Assembly: GCF_006345805.1 (NCBI RefSeq)
Contig: NC_043010.1
Coordinates: 60,078,001 to 60,142,000, forward strand
Length of the DNA stretch: 64,000 bases
From: Octopus sinensis
Taxonomy: Eukaryota
Direction: 5' to 3'
Under the pieces are notes generated by a model. The model was not told where the DNA came from, did no database searches, and saw nothing but the letters and a program-made list of their open reading frames with translations. The position numbers were made by a program, and so were the translations under genes. Below are positions 38,168-52,200 of the stretch, in pieces (position 1 is the first letter of the stretch; the number at the start of each line of letters is the position of its first letter).

Positions 38168-38241
38168 CATATATATATATATACATACATATATACGACA
38201 GGCTTCTTTCAGTTTCCGTCTACCAAATCCACTCACAAGGC
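37915..38241 (-). mobile_element. SINE family 1, 5'-truncated, young (CpGs retained)
   Basis: tttacttgtttcagtcatttgactgcggccatgctggagcaccgcctttagtcgagc...acgacaggcttctttcagtttccgtctaccaaatccactcacaagg is the reverse complement of the family 3' two-thirds. Confidence 0.85.
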
Positions 38242-39467
38242 ATTGTGAGTTTTGAAACTTCAATATCTAGAATTTAGACTGAAAAGAATACTTTAATTTT
38301 GTCTCATATTAAATGATGTGAGGTTGAGACAAAAAGTAATTAACTGAAAATCAACCTCACAAATAAATATTCTGAGCCATAACCCCAAATAAATATTTTA
38401 CTACTAGTATGAATGAAAACATCATCATCATCTTCATCACTGTTTTTTAAGACCTGTTTTCTATACTGACATGGGTTTAACAGTTCAAGAGGACCCAACA
38501 GATAGAGGATCATGCTTTGCTCCACTGTATCAGCTCGACTACCATTAGATGGTCTTACTTATACAAACCACTTTACAGTGTGTATTGGGTGCATCTTTTG
38601 TGGCACCAACACTAGAGAGGTTACCTTGTGACTACTTGAAATGATTATCAATCACTTAGAGTATTTTTCGTGGCACCAGCACTGGTGGGGTCACCTTGGA
38701 GTTCAAAGTAAAAGATCCTATGATGGATAGAAGAGATTTATTGTTGTGGGAGAATAGCAATGGAGATACAGTGCTGCCCAATGTTATATACAGGTGGATT
38801 GAGTGGTGCATGGTGCGGAGATAAGAGGATGATGAAGAACCTGAGTGATTCTTCAAGGTAACATGTCCAAGAAAGCATGGTAACAGGCAAATTAGAAGGG
38901 TTGGGGTAAAGGTCACTCAAGAGTAATCCCTTTCAACTCAAATATCATGATTCTGGAGGAAAGAGGAAGGAAGGGAGAGTAAGATCTAGGTATGGAGGAG
39001 AAATTCAAATTGAGTATCTTCGTCTCAGTTATGAGTGCCATGACACTGAGAGTAGAAGAGATGAGAAAATGATAGAGTATAGAAAAGAGAATAGTGAGAA
39101 GATGTGAGGATATAGACAGAGAAAAGAAAGATGCACAATTATGCATGCATCATCCCACTGTTTCAACAAGTATTTCACCAAGCTTGTGCAGGAGGTCAGC
39201 ACTCCTGTAGTACTACGTATTGCCAACTATGTAGTCCTCAGTCCACTCTTTCATTAGATGTAATATCTTGTGATCATTTCCCCCCACCTTACCATAAGTT
39301 CCCCCCTCTCTCTCCCTCAGGTACCATTTACATTAAGCACTCAACACTTGCTCATGTAGCTGCCTTCTGTCATCTATTGCAGTTTCCTGTCTGACATGAC
39401 TTGCATGCTATACCTGATTCCTCTTCTACCCAGTTTGTCCTTCCTTGACCATGACCACTAGTATGGC

Positions 39468-39565
39468 ACATCTTTCTAGTCTTTGCAGGTTCTCTGCTTT
39501 TAAGGCCCATATCTCAATATTGTGCTGCAGCACACTTTGAACATAAGCCTCACAGAATCTGCCAT
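39468..39565 (-). mobile_element. RTE LINE fragment
   Basis: GRFCEAYVQSVLQHNIEIWALKAENLQRLER, the same region as in 19200-19650. Confidence 0.55.
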
Positions 39566-39640
39566 TGATCCAACCAACAAAGATTGCAAACCATCTGAAC
39601 AAATATCTCAAAAGTAGGGGGAAAGTCCTGCCTGAAAAAA

Positions 39641-39880
39641 ATGCTGTGGGAGATTGACAAAAGTCTGTATGAATCCCATGAAAAAGAGAGAGTATACAAA
39701 GAGGTCTGGGTTATAGAAAATATTGAGCCAAACCCTAAAACTTTCTTCAAATTTACCAAAGAAATAGCCGTCAGTACACAAGATAGGGCCCCTGTTCCAA
39801 AAGGATGACTCCCTCACAGGAAACCCAATGAGGATAAGGGAAATACTGAATGAACAGTTCAAAAGTATGTCCACTACCCC
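39641..39880 (+). mobile_element. CR1/L2-group LINE ORF2 fragment (EN-RT linker)
   Basis: IENIEPNPKTFFKFTK..(fs)KIGPLFQKDDSLTGNPMRIREILNEQFKSMST matches the NPK.FF...IGPL...EILN.QF.S.F pattern. Confidence 0.65.
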
Positions 39881-40105
39881 TTTGGGACACAGGCAACTGA
39901 ACTAACCAGCAGATTTTGGTTGTTGGTTGATGAGGAATTAGCTACAAACTTTGTTTGTTATGTTTTTGTAAAATTTTTGTTTGTTGTGTTTTTTGTTAAA
40001 TTTCTGAAGTGAGTGTGTGTCTATGTAATTACCATCATCATTTAATGTCCATTGTCCATGTTGGACTGCTGTGCATATTTCTATATGTATATGCAAATAT
40101 ATATA

Positions 40106-40145
<40 letters not shown>

Positions 40146-41944
40146 GAATGCATATATGTCTCAGTACCTATGTATTTCTACTTCAAATGAGTGTGCGTGA
40201 TATACGTACATGTGTGTGTTTGCGTCAGTATGTGTGTGTGTGTGAAGTTTGAGGATTGAGTGGAAAAAAAGGCATTGTGCAGAAAAGTCAGTACTGCTAG
40301 TAGAAAGATAATTGACTATGTGATGGCCTGAGTGTTCTGAAAATGCATTCATTCATTGCTAGTACCAATATTGATGTCTAATAAAGGTATCTGTGCGAGA
40401 TGAGAATCTGAACACATTTCCTTCTACTCCCTTCACCATCATGCACACACTCTAAATTTTTTTATCATCCCTGCATAGTTGATGATATCTGCTATAAATA
40501 TGTGTACATGAATCTGACTGCTTAGCTCTGACAACTGGATTTTCAAATATGATATAAAAAAAGAAAGGAAAAGAAAAAAGAAAGAGAGAGAGAGAGAGAG
40601 AGATCTTCTAATATGGCTAGTTCTGGGAACAAACCATCTGGGAAGTTAATGGTGTTCACTGCTGGTCCTCTGAAAATGATTGAAAACTTCAATTATCTAG
40701 GTGCCATGGCCAATGTATTGGGCGGAGTTTAGCAAAGTAAAGTGGTTTGAATACAGAGTTGATGAAAGAAATTTAGGAAACTTTATTACTCGGAAGACAG
40801 ATTGCATTAGGAATTTTATATTATACCCTTATGGAACATAAGCAATAAAAGAAGCTGATCTATAACTATGATGAAAGGACATGCAAATATTGTGATGGTG
40901 TTTTAACATAAATCTGTATGATAATATATAGGTAATCTAAAATAACATTCTGCTGTTGTAAATATAAAGAACTTGCTAGAAGAAAGAAGAAGAATATATA
41001 TGTTAGATGAATGAACGATAGGAAGTGGATGAGTAAATGAAGTATGAAAGTTATGGCCAAGCTAAATGCAGAAACAAGAAATGCATAGAATGAGGCCAAG
41101 CTGAACCAATTTATGGTAGCATATAAAAGAAACTTGATATTATTTCTGAAATAAATCTCATGGAATTTTCTTTATGAGACAGGAATAATTTTGTTGGAGT
41201 CTCACCACCCAAGGCTTCAGTTGGTGTTTGACAGTAGAAAACATTTCAATAGTAGACTAATATTGCATTAGAGAGTAGAAGTTATTTCATGAATTGTACA
41301 TCAATATTATCAACTCTGAATCATATAATTTATGAAAAAAGGATTTCCTCAATAGTACAGTCTTATATATTTGTGTGCATACACTCTCAGTTTAGTATAT
41401 ACTTGAAGTTGTAAGCTATGGGTAAAGTTCCTTTTTGATTTAAGTATAATAAGTCTTTCTTTTCTCTGTTTCCCACTTTACCAATTTCTAATTTTAGCTG
41501 GTAGAAATAAATAAAATGAAGAAACATGATCTGAAGTAATGATAGGCAGAAAATTTGATCAACAAATTTTTTATTAATACCTTATAATTTCAAAATCATA
41601 TAAGTGGATGCATGGGAGTGATTAATTGATATGAAATCTGTTCTTTCTTAAAACCATTTCATAAACATAGCCTTAAACACTTGCAAAACACTGTATTTGT
41701 TTTTATAATAATCAGCTGCAATTGTCGAGATCCTGCTACTTGTAAATAAATGAGCATTCATGCTGATTCATGCATAAAAGGAAATGATCAGATGCACACG
41801 GATACAGACAGAAATAAATTTATGTTAACTATGGATGCACAAGAGGTGTACTGGAATCACAGATACACAGTCAGAGAAGGTGGAATCCATATGCGGATTC
41901 TCCCTCGGTTTCAGTCTCAGGGTGATGCTTATACAACATATTAG

Positions 41945-42416
41945 TATTATTATTGAGTGAGAGAGCAGCGCATGCCATCTAAGTGACACTGGGGTACAAA
42001 TATATGAAGCCCAATGTACCCATCATGACTATCCATCTAATAAGGGTACACTAGGCACATGCATCACAAAAATGTGTGCAATATGGTAATCTTATATCAA
42101 GATAAACAGTGCATGACCTTGCAGGTGGGGTCCAGTTAGAATTTTCTTCAGGTCAAGTAGGCCATCCCACTCAAAAGGTCCCGTTGTTTAAAGATGTTGA
42201 AAGAAACACCCATGTTAAAAGAGGTGAGTTATTCAAACCCAAAGAATTCCTCTCAACACATGATGTTCTCCCTCTACTTCTGCTCGTGATCAGAGATGCA
42301 CATATTGTCAGCTACTAAGGGATATCTTCAACTGGTTAAGATCAAACAACTGACAAGTAAATCTGTGGTACTGAGTAGAATATTTGCTGTAGCCACCTTT
42401 TACACCAATACAAAAC
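41945..42416 (-). mobile_element. Interspersed retro-type repeat, 5'-truncated, with (TAA)n tail toward 41945
   Basis: Higher-complexity block ending ctctctcactcaataataatact on the minus strand. Family not assignable without a library. Confidence 0.45.
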
Positions 42417-42450
<34 letters not shown>

Positions 42451-42452
<2 letters not shown>

Positions 42453-42645
42453 GGTAGTGATATGGCAGAATCATTAGAATGCCAGGCAAATTGCGAAGTT
42501 CAAATTCCACCAAGAATGACTTTGCCTTTTATCCTTTCAGGGTCAATAAATTAAATACCAGTGAAACACTGGGGTAGATGTAATCAACTAATCCCTCCCC
42601 TCAAATTTGAGGCCTTGTGCCTCCAGTAGAAAGGATTATCATTAT
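42451..42645 (+). mobile_element. SINE family 2
   Basis: aaggtagtgatatggcagaatcattag...gttcaaattcc...gactttgcctttatcc...aaatttgaggccttgtgcc. Confidence 0.7.
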
Positions 42646-42649
42646 TACA

Positions 42650-42920
42650 TTTTCTCTTTATCACAGGTTTTGTTGGAGCTTCTGGGGTCTTGCATGCACA
42701 ACGGGCTTGCTACCTGCAGCAGCCTACAATACCATTCTAGTCTTTCTGTTCAGCTATCTGATACTTTCCTGATTATTCTGGTCGTGCCAAGGAGGCAAAC
42801 ACTTTTTCTAACACTTCTACTAGGCACTCTATTCTAATTTCCTTTATATTTCTCTTGATGCCTTCTGAAACTGCTCCCAAGAACCCAACAATAACTGACA
42901 CTATCTTCACCTTCTTCATT
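42650..42920 (-). mobile_element. R4/Dong-like element extreme 3' end
   Basis: MKKVKIVSVIVGFLGAVSEGIKRNIKEIRIECLVEVLEK(fs)CLLGTTRIIRKVSDS*. Confidence 0.7.
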
Positions 42921-44047
42921 ATTATTATTGCTGTTGTAAATGTAAATAATAGATCAAAGATTTTATAACACCTCTTTACATCAAATGAGTAACAGGAAAT
43001 CAAATCATTTATTCATTGAGGGACCATTTAATAAAAAAGTTTGTTTTAAGTAGTAAACCTGCCTTCTCCTAGTATATTGCAAGAAGCATATATGCACTAT
43101 TCAAACACATATACACCTGCAGAAGTATATAAAGATAAGAGACATGTGATAATGTATACCTAAACACTTCATACTGAATGTATAAAGGATTTTGAAAATA
43201 TATTTAGAAGCTGAATATGTGTAAGAGTTACATAAATAGGTTGTATATGTCTACCTTCCCACTAAGTTGTGTTTAGAATAAAGTTGCCAGATTCAACAAT
43301 TTTATGGTCTGTTAAATCTTTTATTCCCACCCACGCCAGCATGGAAGGAGGATGTTAAACGATGATGATGATGATAATGCATGAAAGTGAATTGAAAAGA
43401 TAAGTCATTTTGCAATATCTATAACAAGATCATCCTGCTTTTTTAATCCTACTTCTTATAGAATTATGGTATTACCATTATATTACTTTGCTTTTTCTAA
43501 CTTTTAATAAGGAAGTTTGGATTCAATGTTTTAAAGCCAAGAAAAATAGAATTTTGTGTTTTTCATATTTTCATAAGCATCTTGCTTTTGAGAGACCTTA
43601 ATGACTGGGGCACTTTCTATTCTTGTATAACAAACAAATATTCATGATTTGCCATTGTCATACATTCAATCTCAATTAACCTATCTTGGCAGAAATGCAA
43701 CTTTGCTTTTGGAAAATCCATATCCAAAAACTATTCTCCTTTTTCACTGCTTGGAATTATTTCAAATCTCAGAATTTTCTGATTATTTGTAGTTGACTTA
43801 TTGGAAAACTGCTGATATTCTCTACAGAGCACCTAGAAAAGTATTCTATCATACTTTCTGGTATCTTCAATATAACTTCAACAACTATCATTTAAAATAC
43901 TCTTGACTTTTTCTCAGAACCCAAGGGTTTATATATTTAATAAATAAAATGACTTTAATTTATTCTGAAATGAGGGTTCTTATTCTTTTTAAGATAAATT
44001 TCTTGCCACATATGTGAAATATACATGTTACTTTCTCTATTCAAAAG

Positions 44048-44090
<43 letters not shown>

Positions 44091-44249
44091 GGAGAAATCA
44101 TACAAAATGTATAAAAGGTAATGAGTAAAGCACTGGCACAGTATATCAATTACCTGTTGTTATCCGTAGATTTATTGCAGGAACTTTGTCATAGCAGTTG
44201 GGGTAACAGTCTTAATAAAATAGATGGAATGAGTAAAATATTTTATTAG

Positions 44250-44291
44250 GTACGACACATGTTTCGACCTGTTCTGAGTCTCTTCGGGTAC
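44250..44291 (-). ncRNA. Minimal type I hammerhead motif, family C (best-preserved copy)
   Basis: Minus strand reads GTAC-CCGAAGA-GACT(CAGAACA)GGTC-GAA-ACATGTGT-C/GTAC. Stem I, stem II, GAAA and the GUC site are all present. The only core deviation is U4C. Confidence 0.75.
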
Positions 44292-44520
44292 ATCTATAAA
44301 CAGAGTCTAACTAGAGATTTTCTGATTCGGTTTTACATACTGCTCCATGTCCATCACCTTCGTGAATGAGTAAAAAACAGAGAAAAATTGAAATGCAAAA
44401 AATTCAAATATGTGAAAATTATACATTCTCGATTAGAGAAAATAACGTAACGAGCCTTCGTTGTTGTAACTGTTAAGAGAAAGAAAAGGATGTAGAAGTC
44501 GAAAGGAAGATAATACTTAG

Positions 44521-44555
<35 letters not shown>

Positions 44556-44990
44556 CGCACTCACACACACACATCCAAGTATACAGGTATATACATACAA
44601 CTAGATACAGACACATACACACATGTATAGACGAATACAAACATATATATGTATAGGAACTCATATATGCAGGTACACGTGTAAATATACATAAATATAT
44701 ATACATAACATAGGTAAATATATGCATATATTTGTACGTAAAGCAAGATACAGACGTCTGTGTAAAGTTTGACATACACACTTGTTAATATACTCACATA
44801 TACACATAAGTAAATATATATATATATATATATATATGGATATACATATACACACATATTCAAATATGTATGCATACATATAAACATACACCCTTGTACA
44901 TGTATACATAAATTCACAATAATATATGCATACACCTACAAAAAATGAAAATGTGCACAGTTGAATATGTAGACATATATATATGTACAT

Positions 44991-45021
<31 letters not shown>

Positions 45022-45115
45022 ATACTAATAATAATATTAGGGAGTATAACTCCAAACTTACAGGGAAAAATTCAATTTAGTATTAAATCAAATTTCACAA
45101 TATAAATATATAATA

Positions 45116-45335
45116 TATATAAATTAGAGAAAACCACTATTAAGCAATTCAAACAATGATAGACATCAACAAAATCATAAATAAAAAATAAAATATATTA
45201 TAAAACATATAACTAGATCACAAAAAGTACAAAAATGAATAAACAATATATAAGTAATATATAATAAGTTTATGATATGGCTTATGTCTATCATTGTTTG
45301 AATTGAATAATAGTGGTTTTTCTCTAATTTATATA
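45116..45335. repeat. Inverted repeat, ~50-bp arms (45116-45166 / 45284-45335)
   Basis: aaattagagaaaaccactattaagcaattcaaacaatgatagacat vs atgtctatcattgtttgaattgaataatagtggtttttctctaattt. Confidence 0.8.
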
Positions 45336-45368
45336 GATATATATATACATATATGGATTTAGATTGAT

Positions 45369-45408
45369 GTACCTGGAGACCCAGAATAGGTCAAAACATG
45401 TGTTGTAC
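45369..45408 (+). ncRNA. Hammerhead family C, decayed inverted twin of 44250-44291
   Basis: GTAC-CTG--GA-GACC(CAGAATA)GGTC-AAA-ACATGTGT-T/GTAC, inside a ~90-bp inverted repeat (44203-44294 vs 45366-45455). Confidence 0.65.
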
Positions 45409-47461
45409 CTAATAAAATGTTTTACTCATTCCATCTATTTTATTAATACTGTTACTATATATATATGTGTGTGTGTGTGTGTATGTGTGTGTGTGTGTGT
45501 GTACTTAAATTATATATAATTTATATATGAATTATTTATATATACTTATTTAAATTATCTAGGTAGTTAGGGTAAGTCCCAATTCTTCCTTTTAACGTAC
45601 ATCTGCTTATTCCATTATTACCATCCAATATGGAGTCTCAGTTGTTGCTGTATGTTAGTTCAAAATACATATTGAAATTGAGAATTATGGAAATACTATT
45701 TGCAGAGTTATTGTATAATAAAATAGGAAATTGGCAAATTTTTTGGTATTATTTATTCTCCATTACACATGTTTCATTTGCTAATAGGAATAACAAAGTT
45801 TTACATGTTAGATAGACATGAAAGGAATTTCCTATCAGAAATTCTTCAGACAGAGAGATTTAATAATATCGAAAAAATTACGAATCTTTTGTTTTGTTTC
45901 TCTCTCTCTCTCTCTCACACACACACACTGTAATAATAATAATAATCCTTCAATGGATTTTATAAATATTCTAATGCATCACATGTCTCTTACAGTCCAT
46001 ATTGCTGGGATGATTACAGTGTAGTCCAAGGTATCCATGGGCATCAGGTAGATCATCTTCATCGATTCATTTCTTCTGGCAATAGAGCATTAATGGGTGT
46101 TTAACTGAGGGTTGTTTATCACTTGTGACCAGTGAGAAGGTTGATTGACTGTAGCTGGCCTAATGGAATAGGAGCCTTATCTGCATATTCAAAATGTTTC
46201 CCAAAAACAGATTTAAAAGATGTGTGTGTGTGTGTGTGTGTGTGTGTGAAGTGAAGACAGAAAACAAATTGTTACTATGAGGTAGATGACAAAGAACAGC
46301 AGTGAGTGTTGGTATACAGTGTGAGAGAAGGCCCTCTTACCTGTCCAAGTGAGGTAAAACGACACTAAAATCATTATGTATATGTCTGTTTGTATATATA
46401 CATAGACATGTATTGTTAGACAAATATATATATGTGCTTGTATACACACATACTGGCATGCATATATATCTGCCTGCTGTCAAGTTTACATCATTAACTT
46501 CTTTTATAGCCACTCACCCTCTAACATCCATATAACTTATCCCCTCATCACCACCCCGCTTTTTTCACCCATACCATTATTTCTTTCCTTCTCTGAACCC
46601 AGACCCATCTTGCAAACACTTCATCTTTTTCTTCTCAATCTCACTATACTCTGCAGTCAGTATGACTAAGAAAGGCAGTAGATCTTTTCTATTTACTGCA
46701 TTCTTTCATTCATCTCAATTGCTCATCTCTTCTTCTCAATTCCCAGCATCCTATCAAATTGATAGTATGACTGCACATTTCTTCCAATGCAACTAGAGAT
46801 GCTAGTGCACCTACCCTGACCCTGTCCCTAACACTCCATTGTAACATTCATTAGTACTGGATCCACCTTTTCTCTGTTCTTTCTGACATCACTCTCATCA
46901 CTTGAGCCCATCTCAATGTGAAGGTGACTACCTGTGAATCACTTACTAGTTCACTCTCCCCTCCTGTACTCCGAGTGCCAGTATTCCTATACTTCTTCCC
47001 TCTCGGGCAGCCTTAGCCTTTGTCCAGCCTGTCTTCTAAATCACATACATCGGTCATCCTCTTTCCATCTCAGTCACATGGCATTGCCTTGAATATATGC
47101 ATTCATCTCAGAATACGGAATATTTTGTGCACATGCACAAAAACAAATTTCTACACTCCATTTGTGATATCCTAATTTCTCGCAACCAATAATTATTTCA
47201 TGAATTCTCTGGCTGGACTGATGAGTTGTGGTATGACAAAGGACTTTGACAACCCATTGAAGGATGAAGAACCATAACTTTAAGCAAAAACTGCTACAAG
47301 GTAGAGAGAACTCTTTAGTCCTCCTCTGTTGCCAAGTGACATGATAAAATGCAGTCAGTAGGTTCAGTAAAGTGATGGGTGATAGTAAGAGCACACAAAA
47401 AGTTATACTCAACACCAAATCAGCCAGTTTTCTCCACTGCTGCACGCGCAAGATAATGTGG

Positions 47462-47643
47462 ATTCTTTTCTACTCCAGGCACAAGGCCTGAAATTTTGGG
47501 AGAAGGGGGGGGGGGCAGTCAATTAGATCGACTCCATTACGCAACTGGTACTTAATTTATTGACCCTGAAAGTATGTAAGGCAAAGTTGACCTCGGCAGA
47601 ATTTGAACTCAGAATGTAAAGACAAACGAAATACTGCAAAGTA
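47462..47643 (-). mobile_element. SINE family 2, 5'-truncated
   Basis: ggcacaaggcctgaaatttt...caactggtacttaatttattgaccc...ggcaaagttgacctcggcagaatttgaactcagaatgtaaag. Confidence 0.8.
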
Positions 47644-48725
47644 ATATAGACTGTGACACCTAACGAACCCATACAGTTTGGAAAACAGATATATTGATGA
47701 TGATGATGATGATGATGATGATAATGATAATGACAAGTGTGTGTGTGTGTGTGCATGTATGTCTAGAAATCTGAAATAGAATGTGTATGGTTGCTATATA
47801 GTTTGATGAGAATGTCTATCCATCAAATGGTGCGTGCAGATGAAAAGCTACTATTAGTCTTTCTTACTGATATAAATAACAATAAGAATATTCAACATGA
47901 AAAATAGATTTATCATTGGCATAGATAATGTGTAAGGTGTACTTATTAAAAATAGTAAAGTCAACTGAATAGTGAGAAACATTCTACACATGAAGTTGTC
48001 AACAAAATGCTGTGAAAATTTCTGCTAATGACATCATCAACAGAACAGCGCTAAACTTTCAACTAATGAAGTTGTAGTATACTGGAAGACCTTCTTTTTT
48101 TTTTTCTTCACTTTTCTTGCTTATCAATGACTATTAAAGTAGTATTGTGAATTTCTTTTGTCATATGTAACCATTGATAACATTCTAATAGACATTCTGG
48201 AAGAAAGATTACAACTAATTTGTTTGTAGTTAAATAGTTTGGGGCTAGTTTACCACTGATTTAGTCCCTTTGTTCAAAATGAAATTGGATGGGTACTTTG
48301 CAAGCACATTTTTTTCTCCCTGAATGTCAATTATCTTCCTTTTATAAATAACAGTAGAACTTTGATGGTGTTGCTTAAGGGGTCAGATCTGTGTGTTTTG
48401 TTAGATTCTCCATCATTTTCTTCACTGATGTTATTTTACTTGTGCTGGCTCTGTAGTTAACTATCATTTCACTTGCAAGTCATGCATGTTGCAAGAGCTG
48501 ACATTTTAGTTTTAGTTTTATTATTATTTTTTTTATTTTACTGTCATTCTGAATATCTTCCTTCCAGTAAAATTCTGTGGTTAATTCTTTTCATGGACCA
48601 CTACAGCATCTCATACAGAAACAGATACCTCTAAACTTTTCATTATATAAAAATAAACATGAAAGTGAACAGTGTTTCAATATATTCAACAAAGTTCTAA
48701 TACTTTATGTGCATGCGTGTGTGCA

Positions 48726-48769
<44 letters not shown>

Positions 48770-49039
48770 AAAAGAAAGAATCCTACTTTTCAGAAGTAAA
48801 CTGTTTAGCATTTCTTTTGTTTCTTAGCCTGAGGTATGCTAAGTTAGAGAGAAAACAGAGGAGTGGGAGGAAAGTAATGGACAAAGAACCAGGCAGGTAG
48901 TTTACTTAGCTAAGTAGCAGTGTGAAGGAAATTTCTAAATATTCTAGGAGAGAATATGATATGTGATAAGTTTATGAGAGCAATGGGTCTTCAAATAATC
49001 AGAAAGTACACAGTTGGAGAAAATTGGTGTGTTTCTTGT

Positions 49040-49260
49040 TAGTGGTTTGGTTAGAATAAAGCGGTTGCACCTATGGCCTGAAAGACCGACGAGGTCAATA
49101 TGAGAGATGTTCTTTTTGAACAACTGCAAGATGTCAACTGGAGGGAAAACATGGATAGGAACAGGATTCCAGAGAAATGATGTTTGAGGGGAAGGGGTTA
49201 AAGAAAGGGGTTAATATGGCACTTAGGATTGAGGTAGGCACAATTTAAGTAAGAGGTAAT
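49040..49260 (-). mobile_element. L2/Jockey-group LINE 3' coding end (old)
   Basis: Minus strand reads QTSFLWNPVPIHVFPPVDILQLFKKNISHIDL (LWN.LP..VFP....LQ.FK.N pattern). A weaker relative may lie at ~24690-24880 (-). Confidence 0.5.
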
Positions 49261-52200
49261 TATAGTAGAGCTAGAAGAGGGAGAAAACTTGAAATGATCA
49301 GAAGGGAAAATGAAGTGTTGTTAAGGAGTTAGAAGCTTCATAAAAGAGAAAGTAACACTGTCCACCAAATCAATGAACAGACTATAAAAATTAGCTAAAA
49401 ATTAACAAGACAGACACATTTTAAACTTCTCTAGTCTAATTGCCTTATGATATTTAGGAGAGGAAGTTATCTGTTCAACTTATTAAGTTAAACATGACAG
49501 GCTTATCAATAGTGATTAGCATAGCTTCACAAACTGCTAAGAAGACAGGAATTAAGAATATTTAAATCTAAAAATCACAGATAACAGAAATGGTAAAAAA
49601 TAGCTTGAAATAGAATTGAGCCATAAGAAGTTTAGTTGACTACAAATGTGATAAATTATACATTTTCTGTTGGTAATTAGAGAGATCTGAGAGGTGTACT
49701 TCACCAAATACTTATTCAGAGCAAGAGACTGTAATTTGCGTTTCTTGATCTAAAATTGATAGAGTTGGTTCATATAATAATCAAAATTAAGAAGTGGGGC
49801 TGAATCAATAACTGGCAGAGTGGTAAAACCCTCACAACTAAAATTCAAAATTTAGAATCCACAAAGAGTCTGTAAACTTTTTTTTAAATCTAGGGAAAAT
49901 AATCTGTTAATCTGTGTCAAGAAAACTGAAGGTAAGGTGTGACTTCACTGATAGGGGTATAATAGTGACATTGTTGTAATAGGGTTTATGGGGGTTTGGA
50001 GAAGTTTCCTGATGAAAAGATGAAGCACATTTCAATATGAAAAGATTATTCATGTTAAATTATGTAAGAACAAAACAAATGAGATGCAGATAAATGTGAA
50101 AGTGTGAATGATACAGTGGATGTATAATAGGAATTTGAAGGACGTTTTCAATGCAGATTATGTGAATAAGATATGAAGTATTGATGTGTCCATATAAAGA
50201 AGAAAGCTAAGTATATGCAATAAGAATAAATCATACAACCTGGTTAACATTGCAAACATGTTTGACTTTTAACAACATGATAAAATTGTGAGATTTACTT
50301 CAAATATATAATCAAATTATTAACTCTTTTCTCAAGAATTGTGAATGTTTGCACAGAAAAACAAAGACATAAACTGATTTATTGTTTAAATTATTATTCT
50401 AAGCATGCTTGAAATTAGATTACACTAAATATTCATAGAAAGATGTTCTAATCTATAATTGGGATAAACATCTCTTTGTGTTCTTGTCTTTATTAATATT
50501 CAATAGACATTCATAATACAAATAATAAGCTCTAAAAGATCATATTCTGTAAAGTTTTTATCAATGTTTTGTTACATTTTTATTCTCTCTTGTACGTATC
50601 AGCAGGTTTCATTTTATTCACTATTCAGTCAACAAACAATAAATATGATTCAGTAGATCACAAATAAAGATGGATTAATGAAGACTTCTAATTAGTTGAT
50701 ATATTCAAATAAAAAAGAATGGCTCCACAGAGACAAACTACAAACAATCAGAATTTGATGAAATAGTGGCATGTATGTGTAAGTGCCAAATGAAGATGAT
50801 TGAAATCCTTCATAAGCGATAATTTAATTGTATCATTTCATTTATCAACAGCTGATGTTTTATTTATAATTTGGATGAGTAATAGAGTATCCTCTCTTAG
50901 AAATTTTATTTGAAAATTTTGACTTATCTATTAAAAATCTTGGTATTTTTCTTACCCATAAAATCATGTTCACCTTATAGTTATATATAATACTTAATAT
51001 CAATATTTTACATTTTTACAAGGCTTTGGCTTTTTGGTAAGCTAAGTTTGATATGGTCACCTGAATGAAACCCTGTGAAATGAAAAGCATAATCAGTTGT
51101 AGAATAATCTGAGCTCAATATGTAGGTAGATAAAGCTAAAAACTGTAAAGCATTTGGCCCTATTTATTTTCACTTTCTGGTACCTTTCATAGCAAGTAAT
51201 ATTGGTTCAGAAGAAATAAAACATTACAAAAATAAAAATATTAAAAACAAAAGGTATCAAACAAATTCAGTAATGTATATGTTGGTATAAATGGAATTCA
51301 TCAAATTTGACAAACTGGAAATAGTATAAATATACCCTTAAAAATACAGTATTATTTTTACATTGAAGTTGTCTCTAGTTGCAAAGAGTCTTGCATTATA
51401 TGAAGGAAGAGAATTGGTAAGAACTCATTATCATGGTTTTAATGCAAGCATTGTCATTATTTAATTCCAGATCAGATCTGATTGATCAAACCTATGATCA
51501 AATATATGCAAGCTGTGACCCTCTAGTGTTTTTATATAGGAAGTAATTCAAGGCAGATTTGACAGCAATTTCTATCATGGCAGTACCTTTGTAGGTTAAT
51601 GTACAAGCAATGTATATATACAAGACGTTTGTGGATCTCTGGCAATTTGGCAGAGAAGTAGGACTTTGTGTATATGAATAGTTCACAACAAGCTATAAGT
51701 AAAAGTAAGGATTTATTATAGTGGTTTGAAAAAATTTCATGATGAAAAGATGAAGAATTTATCAACTAAGAAAATGTAATTCATGAAGAACTATGTAAGT
51801 GTGTAAGATAAATATGATACTGACGAAGGTGGTATTTGAGATTGCTCCAGTGGAAGTATACTGAAATTCATGACTCACTAGAAGTAGTAAATGGTTTCCA
51901 TTACCAAGATCAGTGATTCTCAGTTGGGAGTCACATGGCCCTTGGGGATGGAATATTACACCTTTAGAAGCAATGTAAAAAAGACCTGGGCATAAAGGGG
52001 TTGCAGAAGCTTATAAGAGTCATACATGCCAGACTTAGGATAATTTTGTCATCATCTTCACTTGTCATTCCTTATGCCTTTTTTTTTTTGCAGCATAATA
52101 TTGATTACTATAATAGTTTATTATTATGTACTATCTAGCTACTAAATCTCAAATACAAATCAACCACATAAACACTATAATATATGTATTCTTCTATGAA

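Noticed and set aside
47218-47244. CTGATGA-GTT(GTGGTAT)GAC-AAAG
   Set aside because: No GAAA core, no stem III and no stem I pairing.
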